64,000 nucleotides of DNA from Pelagomonas calceolata (GCA_918797485.1 CAKKNE010000003.1:2852001-2916000), one strand, 5' to 3'. Shown: positions 1 to 10,758, numbered from the stretch's first letter. Numbers and translations: made by a program. The notes: a model not told the origin generated them from the sequence alone.

Positions 1-1
1 A

Positions 2-754
2 ACCTTCAAGAAGCCCGCTCGTTTAGAATGCATGATGCAGGACTACCCTCAGTTACTACAAGGTGGTTCGGTGGGCTTCGTTACTTTATCCCGGAAAGCT
101 GTGCGCGAGTACGCCCCGGTCAAGAACTCTCCGGCAAGTGCGATCGATAAAGTGAAGCAGGGGCTGGACGCGCACTGCGCTTCTTCGGGTGAGGCCGACT
201 TCTACGCGCTTCACGGCGATTTTTTGCGTTGCGGTCGCGACGTCGTGATTGGTGGCAAAGAACCTGGCGTATACCGAGGTCTATCTATCGAAATGCCGCC
301 GCGCATTGTTCTCTCTCCCTCGTTCGCTTTGATTGAGGATGATGTCATCAGTAAAGTAAAGGGCGTCACTGTGAAACAAGGAGCTACTCTAGTGATCGAG
401 GGCGAAGGCTCGGTCGAGCTCGAGGATGTTATAGTAGAGGAGGGTTCTGCATTGCGCATTTCTACTGGTGAAGGGGTGGTGCTGCGCGTGCTGGGTTTGA
501 AAGTTGCGAACGCCGGGTATCGGGTCGAGGCTCCGGGTGTTACAAAAGCGGAGGTGATCCGAGGCTTCCGCATTGTGAGAAGGGACGAGACTCATCTGAA
601 ATTTGAGGAGCCGGGGTCCTACGCCGTCGCGCCTTTGGATTTGAGTAGTGACGACGAGGACGAAGACGACGCGTCGCGCCTTCCTCTAATACTCGGCGCG
701 GCGGCGGTGGCGGTTTTGGCTGTTCTGTTGATGCGGTATCGTAGGATAAGTTAG
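2..754 (+). CDS. USP: UDP-sugar pyrophosphorylase, C-terminal part (5' end outside window), with C-terminal hydrophobic tail
   Basis: The frame is open from base 2. It reads TFKKPARLECMMQDYP...YAPVKN, motifs typical of USP, followed by a beta-helix-like region. Confidence 0.8.
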   Translation, partial: TFKKPARLECMMQDYPQLLQGGSVGFVTLSRKAVREYAPVKNSPASAIDKVKQGLDAHCASSGEADFYALHGDFLRCGRDVVIGGKEPGVYRGLSIEMPPRIVLSPSFALIEDDVISKVKGVTVKQGATLVIEGEGSVELEDVIVEEGSALRISTGEGVVLRVLGLKVANAGYRVEAPGVTKAEVIRGFRIVRRDETHLKFEEPGSYAVAPLDLSSDDEDEDDASRLPLILGAAAVAVLAVLLMRYRRIS

Positions 755-865
755 ACTTACATTAGACTTGCGCGAATCGCGGCAGTATATATGAACAGGA
801 CATGTACAGGTGGTCGTATGCGTCAATATGTGCAGGGGTATGGACAGGGCATCAAGACCAGAGAA

Positions 866-1450
866 TCACTCCGCGATCTCGGGCGACGCCGCGGAGTTGT
901 CGGCGGCGACCTGCTCGATGAAGGGCAGGAACTTCCCGTTGAACGTGATGACGACCCGCTTCTCGCCCATCTTGCCGACGGTCCCGCCCACCGTCATGTA
1001 GAAGTCGATGGCCGACATGATGCCGTCGCCGAACTTCTCGTTGATCAGCAGCTTGATGGCGTTGCCGTAGTGCGTGATGGCCTCGTACGTCCGGTAGACG
1101 TTCGGTTCCTTGAGGATTTCCGGGTCCCAGCCGCGGAAGGGCGCCTTGCTGATGGTCTCGAGGTCGGCGGCGGAGATGCCGGGCACGGCCTTCTTGAGCT
1201 TGGGCAGCGTCTCCGGTTTCAATTGGGCCTGTCCTAACAAAAGTTGCGTCGTGTACGTGTTCGTGAAACCCAGCTCGTCGGCGATCTGGTCGAAGGTCTT
1301 GCCCGACTTCTCCTTGGCGCTCAAGAGGCGATCAGCCAAGTCGCCGATGGGCGGCTCGGCCATCAGACGCGTACTACGGATGGCCGCACGTGGCGCCAGC
1401 AGTGCGGCGACGGACGTGAACATCAGGGAGAGCGAGAAGAGGGGGGCCAT
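866..1450 (-). CDS. cynS: Cyanate lyase (cyanase) with signal/transit presequence
   Basis: EPNVYRTYEAITHYG..IKLLINEKFGDGIMSAIDF..RVVITFNGKFLP is the cyanase signature. Probable ATG at 1450 (MAPLFSLSL). Confidence 0.95.
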   Translation of the reverse strand: MAPLFSLSLMFTSVAALLAPRAAIRSTRLMAEPPIGDLADRLLSAKEKSGKTFDQIADELGFTNTYTTQLLLGQAQLKPETLPKLKKAVPGISAADLETISKAPFRGWDPEILKEPNVYRTYEAITHYGNAIKLLINEKFGDGIMSAIDFYMTVGGTVGKMGEKRVVITFNGKFLPFIEQVAADNSAASPEIAE

Positions 1451-1786
1451 TTTCACTATATGTGCTGCTGCTGTGTGCAAGGGTTACGTACAAAGGGCTA
1501 TGCGACAGGAGTTTGGGCGTGTGGAACAATTGCACGGAGAGCGGCACTTGTGACAGCGATTTCGGGTTTTTCGTTGCACCACCGCCTCATCGCATACCGG
1601 CCCGCCCTCGGACGCATCGTAGATGCCCCGGGACGACTGGGCGTTTGCTTCGAATCGGCGCTTTCATGGCTGGGCCATCTCTTGGCTTGGCAAAAGAGGA
1701 TAAAGCCGCTCCGCCCGCGGCGTCGACGCAGCCCTCGGCACGAACGAAGCGGCAGCCCCAGCAAACGGGCTGCCCCGGCACCAGTC

Positions 1787-2686
1787 ATGGGGCTCCGCCT
1801 CCTCGCGGCAGCCCTCCTCACGGCCACAGCGCACGCGGCCTGCGAAGTATGCATGAAATACCTGGACGAGACCTGGGCGAACCGCAGCAAGTACCCATGC
1901 AATCAAACGTGGGCGGAGGCGCAAGGTTACGATGATTGTTCTCCACAAACATTAAGCTTTGAACAGGGAATGTACCTCGAAAGGACGTGCTCGGAGAACG
2001 AGGATTTGTGTCCGGAGCCCGCCGACCCCGAGCCGGCCTTTGAATTGGGCGCGCGCCTGGCCCCGGACACGGTCAACAGCGGGCGGAACTGGGTCGACAA
2101 GCACACGTACGCGGACGCGAACCAGGTCAGCCGGACGCTCTGTTTTACCGGGGCCGGGAACTACGCGCGGCAGCAGGCGTACTGCGACCTGGAGTGCAAA
2201 GCGAACCAAAAAACGAGGAAAGCCGTCGCCAAGGCGTCTGGCAGGGACGACGACGGCTACAATGAAGATTGCCGGGGCCCGTGGTACTGCAGCAAGATGG
2301 AGGTCTGCCACTTGTTCCACGACAAGACCGTGAACGACGAGGACAAGAGGGGCCCGAAGCGCAAGTGCATGACGGTCCGGTCCTGCGCGAACCACTCGCA
2401 GTGCTTTCCTACTGATTCGGACCAGGAGCGCATGCGCATCTCCTCGAACGCGTTCACGATCCGACCACGGAAAGTCGAGGACGGCTACTCGGAGTCGAAA
2501 TCCGCGTTGGGGACCCAAATTAGGGACCACGGCTTCACGATGCAGTACGGCGGCATGGAGCACACGACGCGGTGTTGTGTCAATAGAAACAACTTCCGGC
2601 CGACGATCGACACGCCGTGCAATAGCGGTGTTCGCGCTCGCTTGAGTCTGTCCGTCGCTGTAGTCGCGCTCGCGTGGTGGAGGTAA
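1787..2686 (+). CDS. Secreted or membrane-anchored cysteine-rich protein, function unknown
   Basis: Signal peptide MGLRLLAAALLTATAHA, many Cys, and a hydrophobic C-terminus. ATG at 1787 lies inside the longer listed ORF. Confidence 0.7.
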   Translation: MGLRLLAAALLTATAHAACEVCMKYLDETWANRSKYPCNQTWAEAQGYDDCSPQTLSFEQGMYLERTCSENEDLCPEPADPEPAFELGARLAPDTVNSGRNWVDKHTYADANQVSRTLCFTGAGNYARQQAYCDLECKANQKTRKAVAKASGRDDDGYNEDCRGPWYCSKMEVCHLFHDKTVNDEDKRGPKRKCMTVRSCANHSQCFPTDSDQERMRISSNAFTIRPRKVEDGYSESKSALGTQIRDHGFTMQYGGMEHTTRCCVNRNNFRPTIDTPCNSGVRARLSLSVAVVALAWWR

Positions 2687-2697
2687 TATATCTGTAC

Positions 2698-3787
2698 TTA
2701 TTCTGTGTAGACGTCGTTGAGGTACGCGACGATCGCCGCGCTTTCATAAAGCTCGGCGCCCGTGTTCGGGTCCCGGAGGAACGGGACCTGGAAACGGCCC
2801 ATTTCTTTCATCATGCGGTCCCGGTTCGGACTGCCGCGCGCGCACGGCACCTGTGTGGAAATCAACCAGTGCGTCGAGTGCTGCCACGCCATCGAGCAGG
2901 CGTCGCGACAATTTGATTTCTACACAGCACGGCACCATCACGTGCGGCAGCGTCAGCTCGACGAGAGTCTCGCGCACGGGTCGCACGAAGGGCGACGTCT
3001 CGTAGCCCCAGAGCTCGAGCGGCTTGCGCTCTTCGTTATCGGAACGCGCATCAGGCCGCCGCTGGCCGCCGGGGAGGCCCCGGACGATGGCCGCGAGCGT
3101 CGACGTGATGAGTTGGAACGGGCCGAAGGTCAGCGGCCACAGGGCCTTGGGATCGTAGGCGTCCTGTGCCGGGCCGTAGGTCTCGCGGAGATATTGGCAG
3201 ATGTCGTCGCTCTCGTACATGGCCACGTCGGCGTTTTCGTCGACCTGCGCGGGCACTGATCTACGCCATCGGCGCGACGCTCGGGACGGACGCCGGAGCC
3301 GGACCATGTATGGTACCATCGTTTTCCCTCCCGCAAACAACTCCTTCGCGAAGGCGCCGCCCCGCGCCCCGGGCACGGGCCGGTACTCAACTTCCAAATC
3401 CAGCAGACAGCACATCTCCCGGACCTTCCGGCAGAAGGGCGAGCTCTCGTACTCGTAGACTACTATGGGTTTTGAGGGTCGCGCCGCGGGCAGGACCGAG
3501 CTGTCGTCGCGAAACCGGACGGGTCCGAACGATAATGCATACTCGCCGGCGCCGGGCTCGCTTCCGAAGAGTTTGACGCCGCCGACCTCGGCAAAGCACG
3601 GCCGCCAGCCGAGGACGAAGGTGCCCGTCGCCAAGCGCACGGCTAATGCGGCAGCACCACTCAGCAGGTCCGGTATCTCGCTATCACCGATTTGCAGCGG
3701 TTTGGGCGTGGGTGCTTTGAAGCCGTCGGGCAGCTTGACGGGCGCAAGAGCTGCACAGCAGCCGATGAGTAGGAGTGCTCGCAGCAT
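2698..3787 (-). CDS. Tandem glutaredoxin/GST-N (thioredoxin-fold) domain protein, probably plastid-targeted; introns 3245-3304 and 2851-2935
   Basis: Two repeats: YEYESSPFCRKVRE..MVPYMVD..MYESDDI and WGYETSPFVRPVRE..FQVPFLRD..LYESAAI. Removing both GT-AG introns gives a continuous frame. Confidence 0.85.
2851..2927. mobile_element. Introner-like non-autonomous TIR element (copy 1)
   Basis: TIRs CTGTGTGGAAATCAA...TTGATTTCTACACAG. Perfect 8-bp TSD CACGGCAC at 2843-2850 and 2928-2935. Splices out as intron 2851-2935 (-). Confidence 0.9.
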
Positions 3788-3798
3788 GGTGTGCTGTC

Positions 3799-3888
3799 TG
3801 CAGCCGAGTAGTGAGGAGTGAGTGATGTGATATATGCAGCCTCAGTGGTGTGCGCGCTGTATGCAGCCGCAGTAGCGAGGAGTGAATG
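3799..3888. repeat. Imperfect direct repeats TGCAGCCG(C)AGTAG(T/C)GAGGAGTGA in a 5' flank
   Basis: Copies near 3799 and 3862, and a partial copy near 3835. Confidence 0.6.
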
Positions 3889-3957
3889 CGCGCAGCGTTG
3901 GACGATGCTTTATCACTCGTATACGCCTACGTGGTCAAAAAGGTCGGAGAGCGCTTT

Positions 3958-3979
3958 GCTAGCGGTGGTAAGACACTAG
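3958..3979 (-). promoter_or_regulatory. CTAG-box element (CTAGTGTCTTACCACCGCTAGC) in divergent gap
   Basis: Matches the window-wide consensus; lies between divergent genes. Confidence 0.75.
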
Positions 3980-4057
3980 AAATCTCTGCAAGCAAGCTGA
4001 GGCTGCTGAGCAAGCTCAGGACAAGCTAGCGCAATAGCAGCGCTGCGCCCAACACAA

Positions 4058-4426
4058 ATGCTGCTCGCCCGCCTCGGCCGCTCGCTGCGCGGCGCGGCGC
4101 CGTGCCGCTGGGCGCGGACGCAATTTAGCATCAGTCTGGAGGAGTTCCCCGCGGAGCTCGCCGTCGCGCGATTAAACAGGAAAGTACAAAAAGCGGGCCT
4201 GATGATGAAGTGGCGGCGGCGGCAACGCGGTTTTATCAAGCCGTCGCGCGTCAAGTACGACGCGCGCCTCAAGCGCCAGTACAAGCTGAGCTACCGACGC
4301 GTCCAGGACGTGCTGACCTGGATCGAGATGGAGCGCATGCTTTCGGCCTCGCAGCGGAAGCAGCGGCGGCGCGCGTCGAAGGGGGCGGGGCCCGCGGTCC
4401 AGGGCGGCGGCGGTGGGCCGCCGTAA
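4058..4426 (+). CDS. Mitochondrial ribosomal protein bS21-like
   Basis: Arg-rich presequence, then ELAVARLNRKVQKAGLMMKWRRRQRGFIKPSRVK, an S21-type motif. Confidence 0.75.
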   Translation: MLLARLGRSLRGAAPCRWARTQFSISLEEFPAELAVARLNRKVQKAGLMMKWRRRQRGFIKPSRVKYDARLKRQYKLSYRRVQDVLTWIEMERMLSASQRKQRRRASKGAGPAVQGGGGGPP

Positions 4427-4712
4427 GTTTATTGTGTGGTTTCTATTCCTGTTTGGTCGGAGGCCTAGCCTAGCCTCAATTTAACCGACGGGCTTGCGCG
4501 CGGTCTTGCGGACCCCTCCCCGCCTGTGCTAGTGTGTCTCTCGAGCTAGATAAAGTCAGCGCCTGAGATGTCAGAGCGGAGCGGATTTCGCGCCCCCTGG
4601 CCGCCCGTTTGAATGTTCGCCGCTGCCACGTGGCCATCAGACACCTGCCACCCCAGCCCGAAAAATAAATAACGCTAGCTGTGCCGAACCGGCTAAAAGC
4701 AGGTCCAGATGA

Positions 4713-5462
4713 GTGGTCCACTTTCAGCGTCCATTTCACGGAGCCGGCGCGCTAGACGGCGTAGCCCGACGACGCCACCGCGAGTTGAGGCCGCGCGCCG
4801 AGGCTGTGGCCGGAACGAGCCCTGGGGGATTTTTCAAACGCCGATCGGCAGGAGGGTCGTCCGCCAGATTTTTCACGCTGGACTGTCACGCGCGCCTCTG
4901 GACTGTCACGCGCGCCAACCACGCAGGCTTCTGGCAGGAGGCGCTCGCGAACCTCCAAAATACAATAGACGAGAAGGTCGAGGAGAGCGGCCTGCCGGAC
5001 AACCTCGCGGCGCTCCGCGACCGCGCGCTGAACACCGTCGACGCCGCGCGGGTGACGTGCCGGCGCGAGATAGAGGCCTTCCAGCGCGAGCAGGAGGAGC
5101 ATTTTAGTAGGCTCGACGCCGAGGCGGCAGCGGCCGCCGCGGACGCGGCCGACGCGGCGGCCGCGCAGCGCGCGGCCGCGGCGGCGCGAAGTGCCCTCGA
5201 CGCCATGGAGGCGCTGGCCGCGGAGCCGCCGTCGCCCTTACTTGACGAGCCTGCGCCGCCGCCACCACCAGAACCGCTCCACTCGCCGCCGACGGAGCGC
5301 CTCCTCGCGCGCCTCGCGGCCCTCAACCCGCTCGCCGACGCGCAGCCGCTCCCGCGAGCACAAAGCGAGGGCTCCGACTTGGTGGTCGTGGCGCACTCCG
5401 ACGCGGGCTCGTCCGTCGTCCTCGTCGACGCGGCCGACGCGGAAGACCCGCCACGACCATAG
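4713..5462 (+). CDS. Hypothetical coiled-coil/Pro-rich protein; 5' structure uncertain (possible acceptor near 4927)
   Basis: Coding-like, Ala/Glu-rich frame from about 4930 to the stop at 5462. Confidence 0.5.
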   Translation: MVHFQRPFHGAGALDGVARRRHRELRPRAEAVAGTSPGGFFKRRSAGGSSARFFTLDCHARLWTVTRANHAGFWQEALANLQNTIDEKVEESGLPDNLAALRDRALNTVDAARVTCRREIEAFQREQEEHFSRLDAEAAAAAADAADAAAAQRAAAAARSALDAMEALAAEPPSPLLDEPAPPPPPEPLHSPPTERLLARLAALNPLADAQPLPRAQSEGSDLVVVAHSDAGSSVVLVDAADAEDPPRP

Positions 5463-5661
5463 CTTTCCTGTCCCCGAAGTATACGTCTCTGTTTTTCTCG
5501 TATGTACTCTGCCGTGCCACTGCGCACGCACTGCATGCCTTCCAAAACCCGCGTTGACCAAAGTACTAGCCACAAGGGCACTTTCGACCGCGCGGCGATG
5601 GCGTGCTGGTCGAGTCGACCCCCACGCCGTCGACGCGGCACACGATATACTAGCAACACAT

Positions 5662-6261
5662 TTACTCGTCGTCGGCCATCGGCGACGACTCGGCCTGCGC
5701 CGCCGGCGAGCACCTCTCATAGATGTAGCGGTAGATCTCCTGGAACTGCGGCACGAAGCGCATCTCGAGCTTCGCGCCGTCGCGCAACGAGATGACGAGG
5801 TCGCCGACGTCCTTCGACCCTCTGTAGACGAACTTCATACCCGCGATGTCGCTATAAACAATCTCCGTGAAGTCCTGGCCGCCGACGCCGGACTGGACGC
5901 TGATTCTTCTAGAAGTGATCTTGTACTTGACCCAGGCCTGGCGCGCCGCGGCCGCGGCGAACGGCACGATGCCGATGACCGTGAGCACGGACAGGCCCGG
6001 CACGATGAGCTCCGTTTTGGAGGGCGGGCCCTCGAAGAACAATGTTTCGGGCTCGAGGACGGCCTTTTCCGCGACCGGGGCGGCCACGGGCGCAGTCTCC
6101 TCGACGGCGACGGGCGCCTCGCCGTCGAGGTCGGCGAGCTCGTCTAACAAGCGACCGCGCGCCGCCAATGCTGTCGGTGCTTTCACCCGCAGTCGCGGTG
6201 CGACTAATGCCGCGCCGGTCGTCAGCGCGGCAGCAAGGATGGCATTGGTTACTCGAGGCAT
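5662..6261 (-). CDS. Bacterial PH-domain (bPH_2/YdbS-like) membrane protein, plastid-type presequence
   Basis: FFEGPP..TM segment..KYKITSRRISVQSG..EIVYSDI..GDLVISLRDG, resembling cyanobacterial PH-domain proteins. Confidence 0.75.
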   Translation of the reverse strand: MPRVTNAILAAALTTGAALVAPRLRVKAPTALAARGRLLDELADLDGEAPVAVEETAPVAAPVAEKAVLEPETLFFEGPPSKTELIVPGLSVLTVIGIVPFAAAAARQAWVKYKITSRRISVQSGVGGQDFTEIVYSDIAGMKFVYRGSKDVGDLVISLRDGAKLEMRFVPQFQEIYRYIYERCSPAAQAESSPMADDE

Positions 6262-6504
6262 CGTGTTTTTGTTGAGCTGGTCGTGAGACTGCAAGATTCG
6301 GATGCGCACGAGCTATATCGATGTCAATATCAATATTAAGCTGTGTTTTGTGCTGCACAGGGGCTCAGACGCGGAGCTGGTGATGACACAGACCGATGAT
6401 GAGCACAGAGGTGGGATGGTCTCGGGCTCACGACGCTAGCGCCCGACGCCAGCCGCTTGCCTTCTTTGTCTACACCTCTCGTCGCGGAACAAAGGGTCCA
6501 AGAG

Positions 6505-6529
6505 GCTAGCGTACTGTAAAGACACTAGC
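6505..6529 (-). promoter_or_regulatory. CTAG-box element in divergent gap
   Basis: Reverse complement reads GCTAGTGTCTTTACAGTACGCTAGC. Confidence 0.7.
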
Positions 6530-6706
6530 CAGCAATTTATCGAGGCAAAACGCAGCCAACGCCATACGCGGCGTTGTCTCACTGCTGCTGAACGCGAGAC
6601 TCGCAGGGAACGCTAAGCGTCACCGTCGGCCAGCTGCTAAAAGAAAACCGAGCGATAAAAAGCGCTCCAAGCCAGCCAAGCCAGGAAAGGAGGCTGGAAA
6701 AAAATC

Positions 6707-9091
6707 ATGCGGCGCCTCCTGATAGGCGTCGTGCTGGCCTCGGCCAGCGCCCTCTGGCCCTTCAGCTCTTCAGAAAAGCAGGACCCGCCGACGCCGCACC
6801 CCGACGCCGTGCCTGTCGCTCAGCAGACGGCGCTGCCGCGACTATCCAATTACGACGCTGTCGACGAAGCCTTCGCCGAGGGCGGCGCCTTGGTGGATGA
6901 GGGCGAGATTGTGTTAGATGTTGATACCGCATCCAAGGCCGCCGCCGGCTTTGTTTCAGGCGAGCAGTGGCCCTCGTACGTCGCCGCGACTGATGTAGAG
7001 CCCGCGGCCTTCGTGCTCAAAGGCACTAATTGGAGCGACCAGGCACCTGAATCAGTAGTCAAGGCCGCGCGCGTCGCCTCGCAAGCTTTGGAGAAGCGCA
7101 AAGAGGCGTTGACCAAAGCATTGGCCAAGAAACCGGGCCTTTCACAACTTGAGAAACGAACCTCAAAACCGAGGATTTTCGGCGAGGTCCACGTCGCTTT
7201 GCATGAAGCGTCGTCCAAAACCAAGCGGTGTTTCGCTGTAGGGGAAGGCGATCGGGACGTCGACGGCGTCGCGCTGACGGCTGTACATGCTATCTCCCTC
7301 TCCGGCGCACCGGTCACGGTGTCGTCCTTCGGCTCCAAGTCCCAACAGTGGCGCGCGGCCGAACTCGCACCGAGTGATGTGTTTATCGAGGGTGGAGCCC
7401 CACTACCCATCCTGACGAATGGCCGATTACAAGCTTCATCACACAAGGTAGTGACCGAAGAATCAAACGATATCCTCACAATAGCGGTGCTGTGGTACAT
7501 GGACGGTGACCTAGAACCGGTCAATACCGTAGAGTGGCAGACGACGGATGGCCCCATCATAAAAATCGACAAGTACGGCCCGCCCGCCTATCCCTCGAAC
7601 TTGCAAGAGTGCTCGACGCTGGAAGCGAGGTCGCTGAGGATACGAGCTCGATTAAATGGCGACTTCGGTTCAGCATATGTGGGGCATGCCACAAGACCTT
7701 GCGACTACGACACGTTTGACGACTTCCTGGAGGTGGCCTGCGAGAAGGCGTCTGTCGAAACTATTGGTCGTTCAGATCTAGCTGGGGATGCCACGGGATC
7801 TGCACTGTCGAAGGCCGACGAGGCCACGTGTTTGGCCGCGGACGGTGCGCGGGCGTTCGACGCGCGCGGGAATCGACTTAGAAGTATTGACGATTTGTTG
7901 AGATTAGCTCGTAGCCAACCGGGCGTCGTCGGCTACCCCGCCCACTTCATCACCAATGATAACTCATGGGACAGTCGCGCGGCCGCGGACGTGTGGGTCG
8001 TGCCTGCTACCGTACATTTCGTCTGGCCTACGGTGCGGACCGGCCACGTCACGAGAACGGAGCTACGCGATGAAATCACGGGAGCCGACGCCGGTCACAG
8101 CTCCGTCATCACGACTCTGTCCATGAGGCCGCAGGTCTTCCGCATCTCGCAGTTCATGTTGGAGCATGAATGTGAAGCAATTATTGAAAGGAACCGACCG
8201 AGAATAAAACCGTCCGAAGTTGGGTTGGTGGGTAGAGCGGGTGATCGGACGAGAACATCTACAAATGCGTGGGACACGTCGTCGCCGACGGCTCGCGACG
8301 TCATCGGAAGGGCTTTCCGGTTGTTGAAGATCGATGCTCAGCGCAAATTGGAAGATGGATTACAGGTTTTACATTATGATAAAACGCAGTGGTACAAGCC
8401 CCACGTCGACTACTTCACGCAGCGCAACGCGGGCGGGGGCGGCGCCGACGAGGATGCGTTTTCGAATGCGGTGCCCATCGAAAGGAATGGGACGAACCGC
8501 TTCGCGACGGTCTTCTTGTATTTGAACGATGCGGCGAAGGGCGGCGAGACGGTCTTTCCCTTGTCTGATACTCATTCAACCTACAACGGTGGTCGGTTGA
8601 CGACTCCTGGCACGAACCGCACGGTGGGCTTCATCAGGGATTCGGACGCGGCCTGGGTTTGTAATGGGGAGTCGGAGGCTCTTAGAGTTGTGCCCCGCAC
8701 CGGCGACAGTGTATTGTTCTATTCGCAACGCGGCGACGCGTCGCTCGACGGTTATTCGCTCCACGGCTCGTGCCCGATGATTGAAGGAGAAAAATGGGCC
8801 GCGAACTTGTGGGTCTGGAATCGGCCTCGGGACGAAATAGATAGGGCCAAGTCGAAAGCAAGGGGCTCGAACGGCCTGAGCGTCGTCTTCAAGAACACGG
8901 GTTCTGATGAAGTGGAGCTCTTCTGGGCCGACGGGAGCGACCTGGCGCTGCAGGGCAAGATCGCGCCGGGGCAATCCGTGGACGTGAACACGTACGCGTC
9001 GCACCGGTTCGTCGCCAAGGCCAAGGGTGTGGATTTGGGGTCCTACGTCATGAAAAGGGGCATGGACCCCGTCGTGCGGATCGGGGGGTAA
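6707..9091 (+). CDS. Prolyl 4-hydroxylase-like 2OG-Fe(II) dioxygenase, secreted, with C-terminal VHL-beta-like domain
   Basis: Signal peptide; LQVLHY..YKPHVDYF; NRFATVFLYLND..GGETVFP; LHGSCP..GEKWAANLW. C-terminus FKNTG..VELFW..NTYASHRF. Confidence 0.9.
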   Translation: MRRLLIGVVLASASALWPFSSSEKQDPPTPHPDAVPVAQQTALPRLSNYDAVDEAFAEGGALVDEGEIVLDVDTASKAAAGFVSGEQWPSYVAATDVEPAAFVLKGTNWSDQAPESVVKAARVASQALEKRKEALTKALAKKPGLSQLEKRTSKPRIFGEVHVALHEASSKTKRCFAVGEGDRDVDGVALTAVHAISLSGAPVTVSSFGSKSQQWRAAELAPSDVFIEGGAPLPILTNGRLQASSHKVVTEESNDILTIAVLWYMDGDLEPVNTVEWQTTDGPIIKIDKYGPPAYPSNLQECSTLEARSLRIRARLNGDFGSAYVGHATRPCDYDTFDDFLEVACEKASVETIGRSDLAGDATGSALSKADEATCLAADGARAFDARGNRLRSIDDLLRLARSQPGVVGYPAHFITNDNSWDSRAAADVWVVPATVHFVWPTVRTGHVTRTELRDEITGADAGHSSVITTLSMRPQVFRISQFMLEHECEAIIERNRPRIKPSEVGLVGRAGDRTRTSTNAWDTSSPTARDVIGRAFRLLKIDAQRKLEDGLQVLHYDKTQWYKPHVDYFTQRNAGGGGADEDAFSNAVPIERNGTNRFATVFLYLNDAAKGGETVFPLSDTHSTYNGGRLTTPGTNRTVGFIRDSDAAWVCNGESEALRVVPRTGDSVLFYSQRGDASLDGYSLHGSCPMIEGEKWAANLWVWNRPRDEIDRAKSKARGSNGLSVVFKNTGSDEVELFWADGSDLALQGKIAPGQSVDVNTYASHRFVAKAKGVDLGSYVMKRGMDPVVRIGG

Positions 9092-9152
9092 GTGGAAATT
9101 GTGTGAAGCTACAGTGCCTACGCGTAGCGGGCAAAGCGCTCAAGCCCGTATT

Positions 9153-9174
9153 GCTAGTGTCTTAGCACGCTAGC
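9153..9174 (+). promoter_or_regulatory. CTAG-box element upstream of the 9349 gene
   Basis: GCTAGTGTCTTAGCACGCTAGC. Confidence 0.7.
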
Positions 9175-9348
9175 TCGCGCTGCCGGCGCCAACTCAAAAA
9201 GTCGCGCCACACACACCACCTCACAAGTGAGTGGCCGCAAGCCGCACGCCATCGCTGCGCATTTCACATCTCACAGCCATCGCCAAGGTCTTACAGCAAA
9301 CGCGCGACGACAAACGCAAAACCCCCAGCGCGCCAAGCAGCACAAAGC

Positions 9349-10080
9349 ATGCCTAAGCCGGCAAAGAAGGCCAAGACCACCAAAAAAGACGTCGCGCTGC
9401 TGGAAGATACACTAAGAGAAGCGCCCTTCGTCCCCGACGAGGGCCCCGGCGACTCCTTACTCGCGCTGCCCGGCGGCACGCGGAGCCGCGGCGTGTCCCC
9501 CGGCGCCTTCGCCGCGATCAAGGCGGCCCTCGAGCAGTGCGCCGAGGAGGTCGGCGCCGACTTCGGGCCCGAGGAGCGCCAGTGGATCAATCGGATTCGA
9601 GACGGCGCTCTTAGAAGGCTCGAGCCGGACGTCGCCGCCGCTAGGCGAGAAGCGAAGCGCAGGCTGCTCGCCGAGCTCGCGCAGGAGGCCGCCGAGGAGC
9701 GGGCGAAACTCGCGGAGCTGCGTTTGCAAACGGCTCGAGCGCGCGACGAGGTCGCCGCATGCCGCGCGGTCGCCGCCGCGCGCATCATGGCGGGCGCCGA
9801 CATTCCATCAACACCGGCCGTGCCGCCGGTGACGCCCGAGGAGAAGCAGACCTTCGATCGCGACTGCGACGCCGTCGAGAAGGCGTACGACGACTGCGCG
9901 GCGGGCGTGCCGCGGATCCGCGACCTGATCGCGTCCAGCGAAGAGGAGCTCGCGCGGCGGCGGCGCGGCGAGGCGCCGCTGCCGCCGCCGCCTCAACTCA
10001 AGCCGCCGGCGGAGCGCCTCGCGGACCACCTGAGCCGCGAGGAGACGCTCGCGGACTTCGTCGCCGACGGGGAGGACTGA
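9349..10080 (+). CDS. Hypothetical coiled-coil protein with basic N-terminus
   Basis: ATG in an A-rich context, GC3-rich coding pattern, and a CTAG-box upstream. Confidence 0.6.
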   Translation: MPKPAKKAKTTKKDVALLEDTLREAPFVPDEGPGDSLLALPGGTRSRGVSPGAFAAIKAALEQCAEEVGADFGPEERQWINRIRDGALRRLEPDVAAARREAKRRLLAELAQEAAEERAKLAELRLQTARARDEVAACRAVAAARIMAGADIPSTPAVPPVTPEEKQTFDRDCDAVEKAYDDCAAGVPRIRDLIASSEEELARRRRGEAPLPPPPQLKPPAERLADHLSREETLADFVADGED

Positions 10081-10320
10081 CCATCTAAGGTCGCGTGTGT
10101 TGCATTCGGTGCTTGTTATTCTTGCTTTGTTACGCCTGCCCCGGCGACGACGGACGGCGTCTCGCGGGCGGCGAGCGCGACTCGCCAGTTTTTTAGATCT
10201 TTCTCAATCCCCTTTGTGGTCGGGTGCGCGCCGCCGAGCACGCGCCGCGCGATCCGTTCCAATTCTTCGAGCGCCGTCACGCTCTCGCGGAGATCGTCGA
10301 GCGTGTCGTTGTCGTTCCAG

Positions 10321-10660
10321 GAGAGCGACCGCGCGTACGCAAGCGATAAATGAGATCCGGCGACGACCTGGGGCGGACCAGTTGCCCATCCTTATCATCA
10401 CGGCGATCGGTAAGCCCGGTCACGAGGCGACGCAATGGGTCGTCGACGAGCTCGTGAAAAGACTGCCCGCAGGCGTCGTCGCCACGCAGGGCGCCGTCAC
10501 CGGCGCGGTCGGGCGCGAGGTCGCCGCGGCGGCCGAGCTGGGAGTCCTCCGCGGAGCCGCACACGCTGTACTAGTCACGGGCTCGACGTTCTCGGAGGTG
10601 GCGATGCGCTGGCGCACGCAGTCCAACCAGTCCGCGCCCGTCGTCGTGAGATTGAGTTAA
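10321..10660 (+). CDS. Possible exon or fragment of a glycosyltransferase-like protein
   Basis: AAAELGVLRGAAHAVLVTGSTFSEVA resembles the STFS motif of GT-B fucosyltransferases. No clear start. Confidence 0.3.
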
Positions 10661-10758
10661 TAAGAGGCACAGGTGTTTCTTAGCACACACAGGGCACATT
10701 CAACGCAACGGGGGGAGGGGATCGCAGCCGTGGGGGAGGGGCGCGCGGCACAGTATGT

